DNA from: an uncultured Verrucomicrobiae bacterium | GTDB lineage: Bacteria > Chlamydiota > Chlamydiia > Chlamydiales > Rhabdochlamydiaceae | Direction: 5' to 3' | Assembly: GCA_963806855.1 (NCBI GenBank) | Contig: CAWDYW010000001.1 | Location: forward strand, 352,001-416,000 | Length of the DNA: 64,000 nucleotides | In this document: in pieces, positions 19,537 to 28,854 of the stretch | How the letters are laid out: each line of letters begins with the position of its first letter | How positions within the stretch are numbered: position 1 is the stretch's first letter | Notes under the pieces: generated by a model | What the model saw: only the letters and a program-made list of their open reading frames with translations | Database searches by the model: none | Told to the model about the DNA's origin: nothing | Translations under genes and position numbers: made by a program

Positions 19537-20049
19537 TTAGGCAGCAAGGCGCTTATAGGCCATTTTATTGACCCCTGAGTGGAAGAATGTTCCCTTAGCG
19601 ATTTCGTTCAGCTTCTTGTTTGCATTAGATTCTTCTTCAGAAGTCTGATTAAGTAATTTCTCTACATAGGCGAGATCGAGGTGTTTGGCCATTGCTTTTA
19701 AGTTGCCATAAGAGGCAATTTCAAAATGCTCTACCCTTTGGGCATTAAAAATAATAGCGGCATCTCTTGCAGCTGGGTCCAGATGAAATCGAAGGGCTTT
19801 TGTGCCATCTTTTAAGATTCCAGCGAGTCCATCTGATTTACCGCCATGGATATTGATGCCAAGCTCATTGGCAATGACATCTAAGCGTTTAACCTGTTCC
19901 TTAGTTTCTTTTAAATGATGCCGAATAGCTGCTTTGAGTTCAGTCGAATGGGCAGCGTGCATTAATTTTGGCATAGCTCTAAGCAATTGGTTTTCAGCAC
20001 TATAAATATGCTTAAGCTCTTTAACAAATAAATCATAAAAATCTTTCAT
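19537..20049 (-). CDS. DUF892 / YciF-like ferritin-fold protein
   Basis: IYSAENQ, HLKETKEQVKRL and AQRVEHFEIASYG motifs. Confidence 0.88.
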   Translation of the reverse strand: MKDFYDLFVKELKHIYSAENQLLRAMPKLMHAAHSTELKAAIRHHLKETKEQVKRLDVIANELGINIHGGKSDGLAGILKDGTKALRFHLDPAARDAAIIFNAQRVEHFEIASYGNLKAMAKHLDLAYVEKLLNQTSEEESNANKKLNEIAKGTFFHSGVNKMAYKRLAA

Positions 20050-20180
20050 ATTTCCTCCTCATATGGATCTATTTTTATTATCTTAGTTAATTGCGGATTA
20101 GTAAATAAATTTGATGATATTAGTGCGTAATTGCATGGCGGCTAAGGATATAGGGCCTCAATTTGTCTCCTATGCCCAAA

Positions 20181-20347
20181 TTATTAACCCGAGCTCCAAA
20201 TAGGTGACAATATGCGCCAGCGAGGCAAAGCAAAATCGATTCCCCAATCGCAGGACAGTGTTCTCGTACCACGAACTGCGATTGGGGAATCGATTTGGCA
20301 AAGCCACAGCAAGCAGATTGTCACCTATTTGGGGCTCTGGTTAATAA
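20181..20347. repeat. 167-bp palindromic (MITE/RPE-like) element
   Basis: Nested inverted repeats TTATTAACC/GGTTAATAA, CCAAATAGGTGACAAT/ATTGTCACCTATTTGG and AAATCGATTCCCCAATCGCAG/CTGCGATTGGGGAATCGATTT. A partial end copy lies at 46686-46706. Confidence 0.8.
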
Positions 20348-21760
20348 CTAGGGTTTGACATTTAGATTTGTTCTCAGGATGTTTTTCGGATCGTACTGCC
20401 TTTTGATTTTTTCAAGGCGTTCGATATTTTGCGCATAGGCTTTCTCGATGTTGTCGTCCCCTTCGCTGACAAAATTGACATACACGCCACCGGTTGCGAA
20501 AGGTTCGGTTGCTTTGTAAAATTCGCGGGCCCAGGAGATACAGCGCTCGTCGTCCTTCTTATTTTCCCAACGGGTATGCACATTCATGATGAACTCTACA
20601 TCGCGATGGGGATAGGCCGTAGCATCTGAGGGAACTGTATTCACCTTGCCTCCCATCTGAGCAATAAAAATCTCTGAGAGACCGCTGGGCAGCTTTTTTG
20701 CATATTCGACTAAAACCTTGATCAATTTATCATCGATCTTTTTAAAATTATGCGACTTCCAGTAATTGCGAGAACCTGGAGTCAGAAGAGGATCAAAAGC
20801 CTGTTCAAAATCACTAAAGCGTTGGGGAGCAATCCCATCCCCGAGGGGGTTTCCCAATTGTCTAAGGCGCGACAACTCGGCTTTTCCCTTGTCCATCGGA
20901 CCGTTATAAATCCCTACGAGCAACAGAACAGGACGGCCATGATAGGAGCTGTCAATAAAGGGAAACGGCGGCGCATGACGCATGACAGCCCAGACGGCGA
21001 GTTCTTCAGGCGCGTTCTGACAAAATGTACGATAGGCCGCCAAGACTTCTTCAGCATCCTCAATTTTAAAAGCCACAGGTCCGCACATCACATCTGGGCC
21101 TACAGGATGAAGCTTGAAGGTGAAAGCAGTCGCAATGGCAAAATTTCCTCCGCCACCTGTCATAGCCCAGAAAATATCAGGGTGGAGATCTCGGCTGCAC
21201 ACTAGTCTTTCACCATCCACGGTCACAATCTCAACAGATAAGAGATTATCAATAGTCATGCCTAATGTTCGACTCAACCAGCCGAAACCACCACCAAGGG
21301 TAAGACCGCTGATGCCAGTTGTGGAATTGATGCCCACAGGCAAGGCCAAGCCAAATACTTGCGACTCATGGTCCACATCACTGAGGGTTGCTCCCGGAGA
21401 AACAGTCATCATTTTTTTGTCTGGATCGACAGAGACAGTGCGCATGTGGCTTAAATCAATGAGCAGCACATTGTCCTGCAATGCCCTGCCCGCAATATTA
21501 TGCCCCCCGCCCCTTACAGAAATGAGCAATTGGTGTTTTTTTGTAAACCGTACTGCGTAAATGACGTCAGCCGTACCTGTACACTCGATAATCAGAGCAG
21601 GCCGGCGGTCGATCATCGCATTCCAAATTTTTCTCGCATCCTCATAGCTTTCATCACCCGGAGCAATGATCCTCCCTCGGACCCAACTTCGCAATTCGTC
21701 CAAGGCCCCTTTCTCAATTGGAACCAATTTTTCACTTAAATTCAGCGCTTTGATGTTCAT
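20348..21760 (-). CDS. FAD-binding oxidoreductase (VAO/berberine-bridge type)
   Basis: RGGGH flavinylation motif, GLTLGGGFG, C-terminal YVNF..KRQYDPKN. Confidence 0.92.
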   Translation of the reverse strand: MNIKALNLSEKLVPIEKGALDELRSWVRGRIIAPGDESYEDARKIWNAMIDRRPALIIECTGTADVIYAVRFTKKHQLLISVRGGGHNIAGRALQDNVLLIDLSHMRTVSVDPDKKMMTVSPGATLSDVDHESQVFGLALPVGINSTTGISGLTLGGGFGWLSRTLGMTIDNLLSVEIVTVDGERLVCSRDLHPDIFWAMTGGGGNFAIATAFTFKLHPVGPDVMCGPVAFKIEDAEEVLAAYRTFCQNAPEELAVWAVMRHAPPFPFIDSSYHGRPVLLLVGIYNGPMDKGKAELSRLRQLGNPLGDGIAPQRFSDFEQAFDPLLTPGSRNYWKSHNFKKIDDKLIKVLVEYAKKLPSGLSEIFIAQMGGKVNTVPSDATAYPHRDVEFIMNVHTRWENKKDDERCISWAREFYKATEPFATGGVYVNFVSEGDDNIEKAYAQNIERLEKIKRQYDPKNILRTNLNVKP

Positions 21761-21827
21761 GATCCCCTCTTGCTTTTTTCCAGACCATAAAATAACCTCT
21801 GAAATCCTTCAATGGGGTTCTAAGTGC

Positions 21828-22313
21828 TTATTTGCGACAGCAATGAGCTCTAGGTGCTAAAAATTCGCAGTTTTTGTCTACATCGTAATTTACCGTGAGC
21901 ACGATATAGGTGAGATAAGCTGTAAATGGAAGCAGAGAACACAGGGCAACTGCAAATGTGTTCATGGAGTGGAACGCCGCTTTGCTAATCATGTCCACGA
22001 ATGCAGTTCGTGCAAAGGGGAAAGTGAGCGCTCCTGCAAAGGAAGGCAAGGCGAATTTATAGGCGCAGTTGCCCTCTACAGTGAGGCGATAAAAGAGAGA
22101 TGCAGAAAAACAAAGGGCTAGATTGACTGGGGCTGAAAATGGAAGTGCCAGCATGAAGAAGCCCATCGCGGCTGCTCGGAAAATGTGGTTGATTAGGAGT
22201 GCGATTTTATGAAGCGTTGGGGAATCGCTGAGATAGTCTTTAATTGCTGCGGTTGGTTTTTCTAGGAAATTTACTTCTTCTAAGATGTTGTGAAAGTGAA
22301 CAGAAAGACCCAT
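21828..22313 (-). CDS. Hypothetical membrane protein
   Basis: GGAG RBS before ATG 22313; several hydrophobic segments. Confidence 0.65.
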   Translation of the reverse strand: MGLSVHFHNILEEVNFLEKPTAAIKDYLSDSPTLHKIALLINHIFRAAAMGFFMLALPFSAPVNLALCFSASLFYRLTVEGNCAYKFALPSFAGALTFPFARTAFVDMISKAAFHSMNTFAVALCSLLPFTAYLTYIVLTVNYDVDKNCEFLAPRAHCCRK

Positions 22314-22406
22314 AAAATTCTCCAAAATTTTTAGGTTACGATGATACGGAGTGGAATTATTTTTGTACACTGGGTACCATTATTTTATTGCCACCTTGAG
22401 GATTTC

Positions 22407-23018
22407 ATGCTTACAGAAGAAGAACAGCAGACCGTCTCTTATTACAATCAACATGCAAAAGAGTGGGCTGAAAAGAGGAAAAAGAATACAGAGCCCTCCT
22501 TTTGGGATGCAGAACTCCGAGAGCTAAAAGCACTCGAAGTCCCTCAAGGGACCATTTTGGAAATGGGTTCAGGAGCGGGAAGGGAAGCGGTAGAGCTCAT
22601 TGGAATGGGTTATGAATATGTCGGGATGGACGTATCGCAAGAGCTCTTAAAAATTGCAGCGCAAGTCAATCCATCAAGTCAGTTTGTCTATTCAACAGCC
22701 TATGCAATGCCCTTTGCAACGGGTACATTTAATGCTTTCTTTTCCTGGGCGATGTTGCCTCACATCCCGAAAGAGCGATTGGGAGTCGTATTAGAGGAGT
22801 TGAAAAGGGTGCTGAAACATCGAGCCATTGGGTTTTTGGCAATGAGGGAGGGCGAAGGTTATCATCGAGAAGCTGAGACGGGACGTTGGTTCTCTTATTA
22901 CACGCAAGAAGAGCTTGAGCTCATTTTGCAGCAGCATGGGTTCAGGATAGAGAAGATGGGGAAAAGACCTAGTCGCCCTGGCCTCGTATGGCTAACCGCC
23001 TTTGTTCGCAGCCCTTAA
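22407..23018 (+). CDS. Class I SAM-dependent methyltransferase
   Basis: ILEMGSGAGRE motif I; GMDVS. Confidence 0.88.
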   Translation: MLTEEEQQTVSYYNQHAKEWAEKRKKNTEPSFWDAELRELKALEVPQGTILEMGSGAGREAVELIGMGYEYVGMDVSQELLKIAAQVNPSSQFVYSTAYAMPFATGTFNAFFSWAMLPHIPKERLGVVLEELKRVLKHRAIGFLAMREGEGYHREAETGRWFSYYTQEELELILQQHGFRIEKMGKRPSRPGLVWLTAFVRSP

Positions 23019-23605
23019 CGTATAGCCAGGCAGGCTACAACTACGGAAGACCAAACTAATGCCTTAGATGTATCCCCTTTCCAGAGATGCTGGGCAACTT
23101 TAACAGCTGCGATTGCACCAATTCCCCAAGCTGCTGCCTGGGTCACGGAGGGGAGCCAATCTGTGGAAGTCTCGGAAGGGATTAAAGGGTCAGTGTTGAT
23201 GGAGGGATCGATACAAGCCTTAGAAAGTAGGGTCCCTTGGAATGGCCCTTCGTAACAATGTTTAACCATCTCCCTTGAGCGCTGAGCGGTTAAGATTTCA
23301 CAAGAGAGCCCATTCTCATGCCAAAAATAATGGATCCCTTCAACGCCAGGCTTTAATTGCTCATGAGTGAATGTTGTCTTTGCAGCTATTTTACCTAATT
23401 TAATTTCTTTAGAGCCGAAGATCTTGATTGAACTTGTAGGGGCAGTTTTCATCTCATAACCAGCATTCCCTCTAATAGAAATGCCGATATGGCCTTCGCC
23501 GACCCAGTAATAATCGACCATTTCGACGACTTCTTGCCTCATAGAATCTAAACAGGGAGGCAGCCTCTCTTTCAGTTCGCTTGATAATGCATTAATTATA
23601 TTCAT
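23015..23605 (-). CDS. Hypothetical protein with C-terminal hydrophobic segments
   Basis: 196-aa ORF after an AT-rich intergenic region. Confidence 0.6.
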   Translation of the reverse strand: MNIINALSSELKERLPPCLDSMRQEVVEMVDYYWVGEGHIGISIRGNAGYEMKTAPTSSIKIFGSKEIKLGKIAAKTTFTHEQLKPGVEGIHYFWHENGLSCEILTAQRSREMVKHCYEGPFQGTLLSKACIDPSINTDPLIPSETSTDWLPSVTQAAAWGIGAIAAVKVAQHLWKGDTSKALVWSSVVVACLAIR

Positions 23606-23783
23606 TATTATAAATCCATTAAAGTTTATATTATTTAATAGTTATTATAATAAATATCGTAATTATTGTAAATAAAAATTAATTCAAATGTAGGCCACAA
23701 ATAGAAATGTCCCCTTTCCGACAAATAGAAATGTCCCCTTTGTATAGTAGAAATTACTTTACAAATGGAGGGTTTTTATAAAC

Positions 23784-25076
23784 GTGAAAGGAGATATCAT
23801 TATGAGTATTAAGGAGTTATCAAGATTAGAGGTCATGGAAAAGTTGCGTTCCAGATCGCTAAATCAATCACAAGCTGCTGATATTCTGGGTATTAGCATT
23901 AGGCAGGTCAAAAGACTTATAAGAGCATTTAAAGCTGAAGGAGCAAAAGGTCTTATTTCCCGAAAGCGAGGGAGCAAGAGCAATCACCAATTGCCTGAGG
24001 AAGTCAAGAAAAGGGCCTTGGAGCTGATTTCAGAAAAATATGCAGACTTTGGGCCTACACTAGCTCATGAGAAGCTTAAAGAGGTTTATGGGATAAAAAT
24101 CTCAGTTGGATCGGTTAGGAATCTGATGATATCTCATGACATTTGGGAGGCTAAAAAAATCAAAAGAAACCGGATATTTCAGATGAGAACAAGGCGTCCA
24201 AGAGAAGGAGAGATGGTTCAGGTTGATGGATCAGAACATGCTTGGTTTGAAGAAAGGGGGCCAAAATGCACTCTGCTCGTATTTATCGATGATGCCACTG
24301 GTGCTTTAAAAGAGCTGCGATTTGCAAAATCAGAATCGATATTCAGCTACTTCGATGCTACGAGGAATTACATTGAGAATCATGGACGCCCGCTAGCATT
24401 CTATAGCGATAAGCATGGGGTGTTTCGAGTGAATAAAAATGGGGCATTGTCAGGCACAGGCATCACACAATTTGGCAGGGCTATGAAGGAGCTGGATATA
24501 AGAATGATCTTCGCCAATAGTCCACAAGCAAAAGGGCGCGTTGAGAGAAGCAATCGGGTTCTACAAGATCGGCTCGTAAAGGAATTAAGGCTCCAGAATA
24601 TCTCCACGATAGAAGCAGCCAATGCCTTCCTTCCGACCTTTATAGAAGATTATAACCACCGGTTCGCAGTTATTCCTCAAAACCCCACCAACGCGCATAG
24701 ACCATTACTCAAAACACATGATCTCGAGCAAATCTTCACTATAAAGCAAGAGCGTCATCTGTCCAAGAACTTAACTCTTCAACACAGCAATATCATTTAT
24801 CAAATCATTTCAAACAAGCAAAGCTATGCACTGAGAAATGCCAAGGTGATCGTCAGTGAAAACAGCGAAGGGGAAATTAAGATTTGTTATAAAGGCAATG
24901 AATTAGAATATGGAATCTATCATCTCCAGGAAAAGCAGGGCAATGTGGTAGAAGCCAAACTGCTTGAATCAGAATGGGAGAGCGCAGTCAAAAAACAGGA
25001 AAAGAAAAAGTACAAACCACCTCGGAATCACCCGTGGAAACGCAGCGCAAGAAGGCCTCAAGTTATGGCCTCATGA
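23784..25076 (+). CDS. ISNCY/IS1202-family DDE transposase
   Basis: N-terminal HTH; QVDGSEH, FIDDAT, YSDKHGVF, SPQAKGRVER and LQDRL motifs. Confidence 0.95.
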   Translation: MKGDIIMSIKELSRLEVMEKLRSRSLNQSQAADILGISIRQVKRLIRAFKAEGAKGLISRKRGSKSNHQLPEEVKKRALELISEKYADFGPTLAHEKLKEVYGIKISVGSVRNLMISHDIWEAKKIKRNRIFQMRTRRPREGEMVQVDGSEHAWFEERGPKCTLLVFIDDATGALKELRFAKSESIFSYFDATRNYIENHGRPLAFYSDKHGVFRVNKNGALSGTGITQFGRAMKELDIRMIFANSPQAKGRVERSNRVLQDRLVKELRLQNISTIEAANAFLPTFIEDYNHRFAVIPQNPTNAHRPLLKTHDLEQIFTIKQERHLSKNLTLQHSNIIYQIISNKQSYALRNAKVIVSENSEGEIKICYKGNELEYGIYHLQEKQGNVVEAKLLESEWESAVKKQEKKKYKPPRNHPWKRSARRPQVMAS

Positions 25077-25191
25077 GGTTTTTGTAGCAGTCGGGGGACG
25101 CTGTCCCCCAGACCCCCTGCCGCCGCCTTCGTTGGAATACGCAAACTTATTTATAAATAAAGAATGAGGGGAGGGCCCCTCAACCACCCCC

Positions 25192-25220
25192 TTGACTTTC
25201 AAATAAAAAGTTGATATAAT
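25192..25220 (+). promoter_or_regulatory. Outward-facing sigma70/sigma66-type promoter in the IS right end
   Basis: TTGACT-17 bp-TATAAT. Confidence 0.65.
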
Positions 25221-25345
25221 TAGTGGAGTAAGAGTTAACCAAATATCCTCTTTTGTAAGAAACAAAAGGGGACATTTCTAAAAAACGCAAATAGGGGACA
25301 TTTCTATTTGGCGCTAACATAAAAATTAATTCAAATGTGGGTTTT

Positions 25346-26044
25346 TTAGGCGGGAATTAATGCGATGAGGCGGATGGGGGCTTCTGTCCCATTTTCTGCT
25401 CGGATTGGAAGAGCCACTGCGTAGCTTCCTCTAGGGGGGATTTGGGAACAATCGGCAACATTTTCAATAATATATTTACCAGCGCCCAGAACAATCTGAT
25501 GGACCGGAAAATCGGGGTTCCCGCAGTCCGGAGAAAGCGTATCGATGCCAATCCCGGCAATCTTTCTTTCAATTAAAAACTTTACAGATTCGGCCGAAAA
25601 AGCGGGAAAGTGCATTTGACCATTTTGGTCGACATTCCGATAGGCATCAGGGGTGGCCCAAAAACGGCTCCATCCGGTGAACCCAATGACGAGAGCGTCC
25701 GGTGGAATCACTCCATAGGCAGCTTCGTGATCTAATATATCCTGATGAGATAGCTCATAGTCTGGGCCAGCTTTTTTGGAAACATCGATGACGCAGAGGG
25801 GGACGATGAGCTGTTCAACTGGAATGTCAGCGATCGAGAGTCCTCCCTGAATCCTGTGAGAGGGAGCGTCCATATGTGTTCCTACGCCCGCGTGCATTTT
25901 AACCTGTTGTACGCGAAACATTTGATCGTAATCTTTTTTGATTTCAAGGCAGAAGCCACACGAGCCATTCCAGGTAGGAATATCTGAGGAAAGGGGGTGT
26001 GTAAGATCTACGATTTTGAGATTATTGAGTAGTGTATAATGCAT
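25346..26044 (-). CDS. Cyclase family (kynurenine formamidase-like) metal hydrolase
   Basis: VGTHMDAPSH, GIGIDTLSPD and IIEN motifs. Confidence 0.9.
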   Translation of the reverse strand: MHYTLLNNLKIVDLTHPLSSDIPTWNGSCGFCLEIKKDYDQMFRVQQVKMHAGVGTHMDAPSHRIQGGLSIADIPVEQLIVPLCVIDVSKKAGPDYELSHQDILDHEAAYGVIPPDALVIGFTGWSRFWATPDAYRNVDQNGQMHFPAFSAESVKFLIERKIAGIGIDTLSPDCGNPDFPVHQIVLGAGKYIIENVADCSQIPPRGSYAVALPIRAENGTEAPIRLIALIPA

Positions 26045-26209
26045 CGGGGCTCCAGAGCTAAGTAAAGGCAATTATAAAACTTAACTCATTTATATTGAAG
26101 CGCTAAGTTAAGGCTGTCACTGGCAGTGACAAGTTTTAGGCAAAAACTGATCAATGCAACGCCAGCGAGCCCAATTTAGCCCTTTAAATCCTAAAATAAA
26201 TTCTATGTC

Positions 26210-26240
26210 TAGACCCTCACGTTACGTGATAGCTTAATAT
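26210..26240 (+). promoter_or_regulatory. MerR-type promoter with 19-bp spacer and operator
   Basis: TAGACC-19 bp-TAATAT containing the palindrome TCACGT-T-ACGTGA. Confidence 0.8.
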
Positions 26241-26283
26241 GTGGCTGTTCTTTAAAATTATTGTGATTTTAAAGGAGAAAACG

Positions 26284-27042
26284 ATGGCTTATACAGTAAA
26301 AGATTTAGCTAAATTATCAGGAGTAACGATTCGGACGCTCCATCATTACGATGAAATTGGGCTTCTGAAGCCTGCCTATCACGGTGTGAATGGATATCGG
26401 TTTTATGAAGAGGAGCAGCTTCTTTTGCTGCAGCAAATCCTATTCTTTAGACGATTGGGATTGGGGCTGCAAAAGATCCGGAAGATCATCAAGAGCGGTG
26501 ATTTTGATAAGATTGCGGCCTTGATGTCTCACCGAAAGACGCTGATTGACGATTTAGAAAAAATGAAAGAGCTGATTCAGACCATCGACAATACAATTGA
26601 ACACTTACAAGGAAAGAAAAAAATGAAAGATAAGCAGTTCTTTAAAGGATTGAATTCACCTAAACAAAAAGAATACGAAAAGTATTTGATCGACAGCGGC
26701 AAACACACTGCCGAAGAGCTCGATGCAGGGCGCAAGCGGCTTGAGAAATGGACCCAAGAGGACTGGCAAGCTGTCGAAACCGAGTGGGAGCAGCTCATGA
26801 AGGACTACGTAGCTGCACTTGAGAAGAATGCAAGTGTAGGCTCTGTGGAAGTGCATGAGATTGTTCAGAGGCACTTTTTCAAATATCTGAAACGGTTCGG
26901 AATTGAGGTGAAAAAAGAAAAGATGGCCGAAAGCGCTAGCTTTTATTTAGGTCATCCCGATTGGAAAAAGAAATTCGATACATATCATCCTAAACTGCAG
27001 GAGTTCATCCTCGCAGCGGTTGAAGCTTATTCCAAGAGCTAA
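26284..27042 (+). CDS. MerR family regulator, TipA/Mta-like
   Basis: YTVKDLAKLSGVTIRTLHHYDEIGLL..NGYRFY, with a TipAS-like C-terminus. Confidence 0.93.
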   Translation: MAYTVKDLAKLSGVTIRTLHHYDEIGLLKPAYHGVNGYRFYEEEQLLLLQQILFFRRLGLGLQKIRKIIKSGDFDKIAALMSHRKTLIDDLEKMKELIQTIDNTIEHLQGKKKMKDKQFFKGLNSPKQKEYEKYLIDSGKHTAEELDAGRKRLEKWTQEDWQAVETEWEQLMKDYVAALEKNASVGSVEVHEIVQRHFFKYLKRFGIEVKKEKMAESASFYLGHPDWKKKFDTYHPKLQEFILAAVEAYSKS

Positions 27043-27049
27043 TCGGGTA

Positions 27050-27076
27050 GGGTGCAATGGCTTGGCCATTGCACCC
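27050..27076. terminator. Hairpin between convergent genes
   Basis: GGGTGCAATGGC-TTG-GCCATTGCACCC. Confidence 0.7.
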
Positions 27077-27082
27077 GCTATT

Positions 27083-27661
27083 TTATTCGTTATTGCTTGG
27101 GAAAAATTCAAAATTCAACAGCATCTGATAGAAGTCCTCCATGGATATATCTAGACTCTTCTGAATAGACTCGAGATTGGGGTTCATATTGGAATCAAAA
27201 TCGTCGCTGTCTAACTGATGAACAAAAATAAAATGGTTAAAGCAGGTGGTATTTTGGTGGCTTCTCATGGAGACAGTAAGCACTAGCTCTTGCCTGTCGC
27301 TCAAGATAAAACTCACGATGCGTGAGTCTTCCGAACTTTCAACCCCAAAGAAGGTATGAGAAGGTTTCTCCCAAAACTCAGTTCCATATAATGAAAAAAT
27401 GAGTACAACTTGATCTTCTGTCAGGATTTCATAATCTAGGAATTCGTCATAACAACCTAAAGAAATGTAGCAGGTGCGCTTTCCCGTCTTCATGAGCGAG
27501 TTTATAGTCAAAGGGCGTTTGCGGTTCGACGTATGCCAATGGTTCGGAATACCAAACACAAATTGGTTTCCCTCAACATTGACACGAATAAGTCCTTCTG
27601 TAGCGTTTAAAGATCTTAAAGCGGTCAGTACAAAAAATAGAATTAGAAATTTTCTGTTCAT
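27083..27661 (-). CDS. Hypothetical exported protein
   Basis: Signal-peptide-like N-terminus MNRKFLILFFVLTALRSLNA. Confidence 0.6.
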   Translation of the reverse strand: MNRKFLILFFVLTALRSLNATEGLIRVNVEGNQFVFGIPNHWHTSNRKRPLTINSLMKTGKRTCYISLGCYDEFLDYEILTEDQVVLIFSLYGTEFWEKPSHTFFGVESSEDSRIVSFILSDRQELVLTVSMRSHQNTTCFNHFIFVHQLDSDDFDSNMNPNLESIQKSLDISMEDFYQMLLNFEFFPSNNE

Positions 27662-27735
27662 ATAATAGTCTGCTCGGTAGTTAAGTTTCGGTTCAGAATA
27701 GGGATTCGCTTCTTTAATTCATAGGGATTTTTTAA

Positions 27736-28398
27736 CTACTGCATCGCCAGGTTCTCTGCAACTAGTAGGTCGTATTGTGTAGTGATTTTCATGTTATGTT
27801 CTTCCCCGAGGGCGATATGAACCGGATGCCCTTGGTCGAGGACGAGGCAGCAGTCATCGGTGGCATTGGTTCTTTTCGTCTGTTGATGGGCCTTTAGGAT
27901 TAGCGGATAGGAGAAGCTCTGAGGGGTTTGTCCGCGCATAAATTCGGCTCGAGGTGGGATCGCGGCGATCGTCTTGCCGTCTACAGTATGGATGAGGGTG
28001 TCGTGGGTCGGGATGCAGGTGTCGACAGCGGCAAATTCTTTGGCCCTGCGCACATTTTCTTCGAGGATCCGATGGCTGACAAAGGGGCGGACCGCATCGT
28101 GGATGACGACGATATGGGTATCGGGGCCGCAGGCGAGCAGTCCTTTATAGGAGGACTCCTGGCGAGTGGCTCCCCCGGCAATGACTCGGTGGGCGAAGCT
28201 GACCTCTGCTTGGACTTGGGTGATGAACTCGGGATCGCAGACCAGGATGATTTCTTCGAACAGCTCAGAGGTGGCGAAACGGTCGAGCGTTCGCAGATAG
28301 ATTTTCTCCCCAGCTAAGAAGTGAAATTGCTTCGGATCGGCAGTGGAAAAGCGCTTGCCCTGCCCCGCCATAAGAAGGATTCCCTTGACCCCTTTCAT
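27736..28398 (-). CDS. ispD: 2-C-methyl-D-erythritol 4-phosphate cytidylyltransferase
   Basis: AGQGKRF..PKQF, GGATRQES, HDAVRPF, QTPQSF, TDD and KITT motifs. Confidence 0.9.
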   Translation of the reverse strand: MKGVKGILLMAGQGKRFSTADPKQFHFLAGEKIYLRTLDRFATSELFEEIILVCDPEFITQVQAEVSFAHRVIAGGATRQESSYKGLLACGPDTHIVVIHDAVRPFVSHRILEENVRRAKEFAAVDTCIPTHDTLIHTVDGKTIAAIPPRAEFMRGQTPQSFSYPLILKAHQQTKRTNATDDCCLVLDQGHPVHIALGEEHNMKITTQYDLLVAENLAMQ

Positions 28399-28435
28399 AA
28401 TTCCGAGTATGTAGAAATTAAGGATAGAGATCAAT

Positions 28436-28783
28436 ATGTTGACTGCCCTGACCATCATCTTCATTCATACGGCACTTTGTAGCGAGATCGCACAAGGGCC
28501 CCCAATGAATGAGCGCTCCTTTTCTCTTAGGGGAGGAAAGACGATCATGGTGCGCAAATTTGAATTCTCGGGCAACAGCGGCATCACGACCCATCAACTC
28601 GAGCGGCTGACCAATCCCTATCTCAACCACTCCCTTTCAGAAAGTAACTTATCTGAAATCAAACTCCGTATCGAGATCCTCTATCGGAGCAAGGGCTATT
28701 CTAATGTTCAAGTCACCATCCCGCCAATGAAAGGCGAGGATACTCTTACCTTTGTGATTAAAGAAGGTAAAAAACAATCTTAG
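28436..28783 (+). CDS. Small exported single POTRA-domain-like protein
   Basis: Signal peptide, then FEFSGNS...LYRSKGY..V.IPP...L.F.IKEG, a POTRA_2-like pattern. Confidence 0.65.
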   Translation: MLTALTIIFIHTALCSEIAQGPPMNERSFSLRGGKTIMVRKFEFSGNSGITTHQLERLTNPYLNHSLSESNLSEIKLRIEILYRSKGYSNVQVTIPPMKGEDTLTFVIKEGKKQS

Positions 28784-28854
28784 TATTGTTTTCGAATTAA
28801 AAATCTGCTAAAATACTTCACATAATTATTAAAAATTTTAATAACGGTGAAATA

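Larger units (their letters stand above)
23689..25319 (+). mobile_element. Insertion sequence, IS1202/ISNCY type, 1631 bp
   Basis: TGT...ACA ends, two TAGAAATGTCCCCT repeats in each end (inverted at the right end), and a 16-bp TSD TAAAAATTAATTCAAA at 23673-23688 and 25320-25335. Confidence 0.93.

Noticed and set aside
23673..23688. dif/XerCD site targeted by the IS
   Set aside because: No recognisable XerC/XerD arm pair beside the insertion.
27050..27076. GGTGCAATG as another integrase arm site
   Set aside because: It is one arm of a terminator-like hairpin, with no other att similarity.
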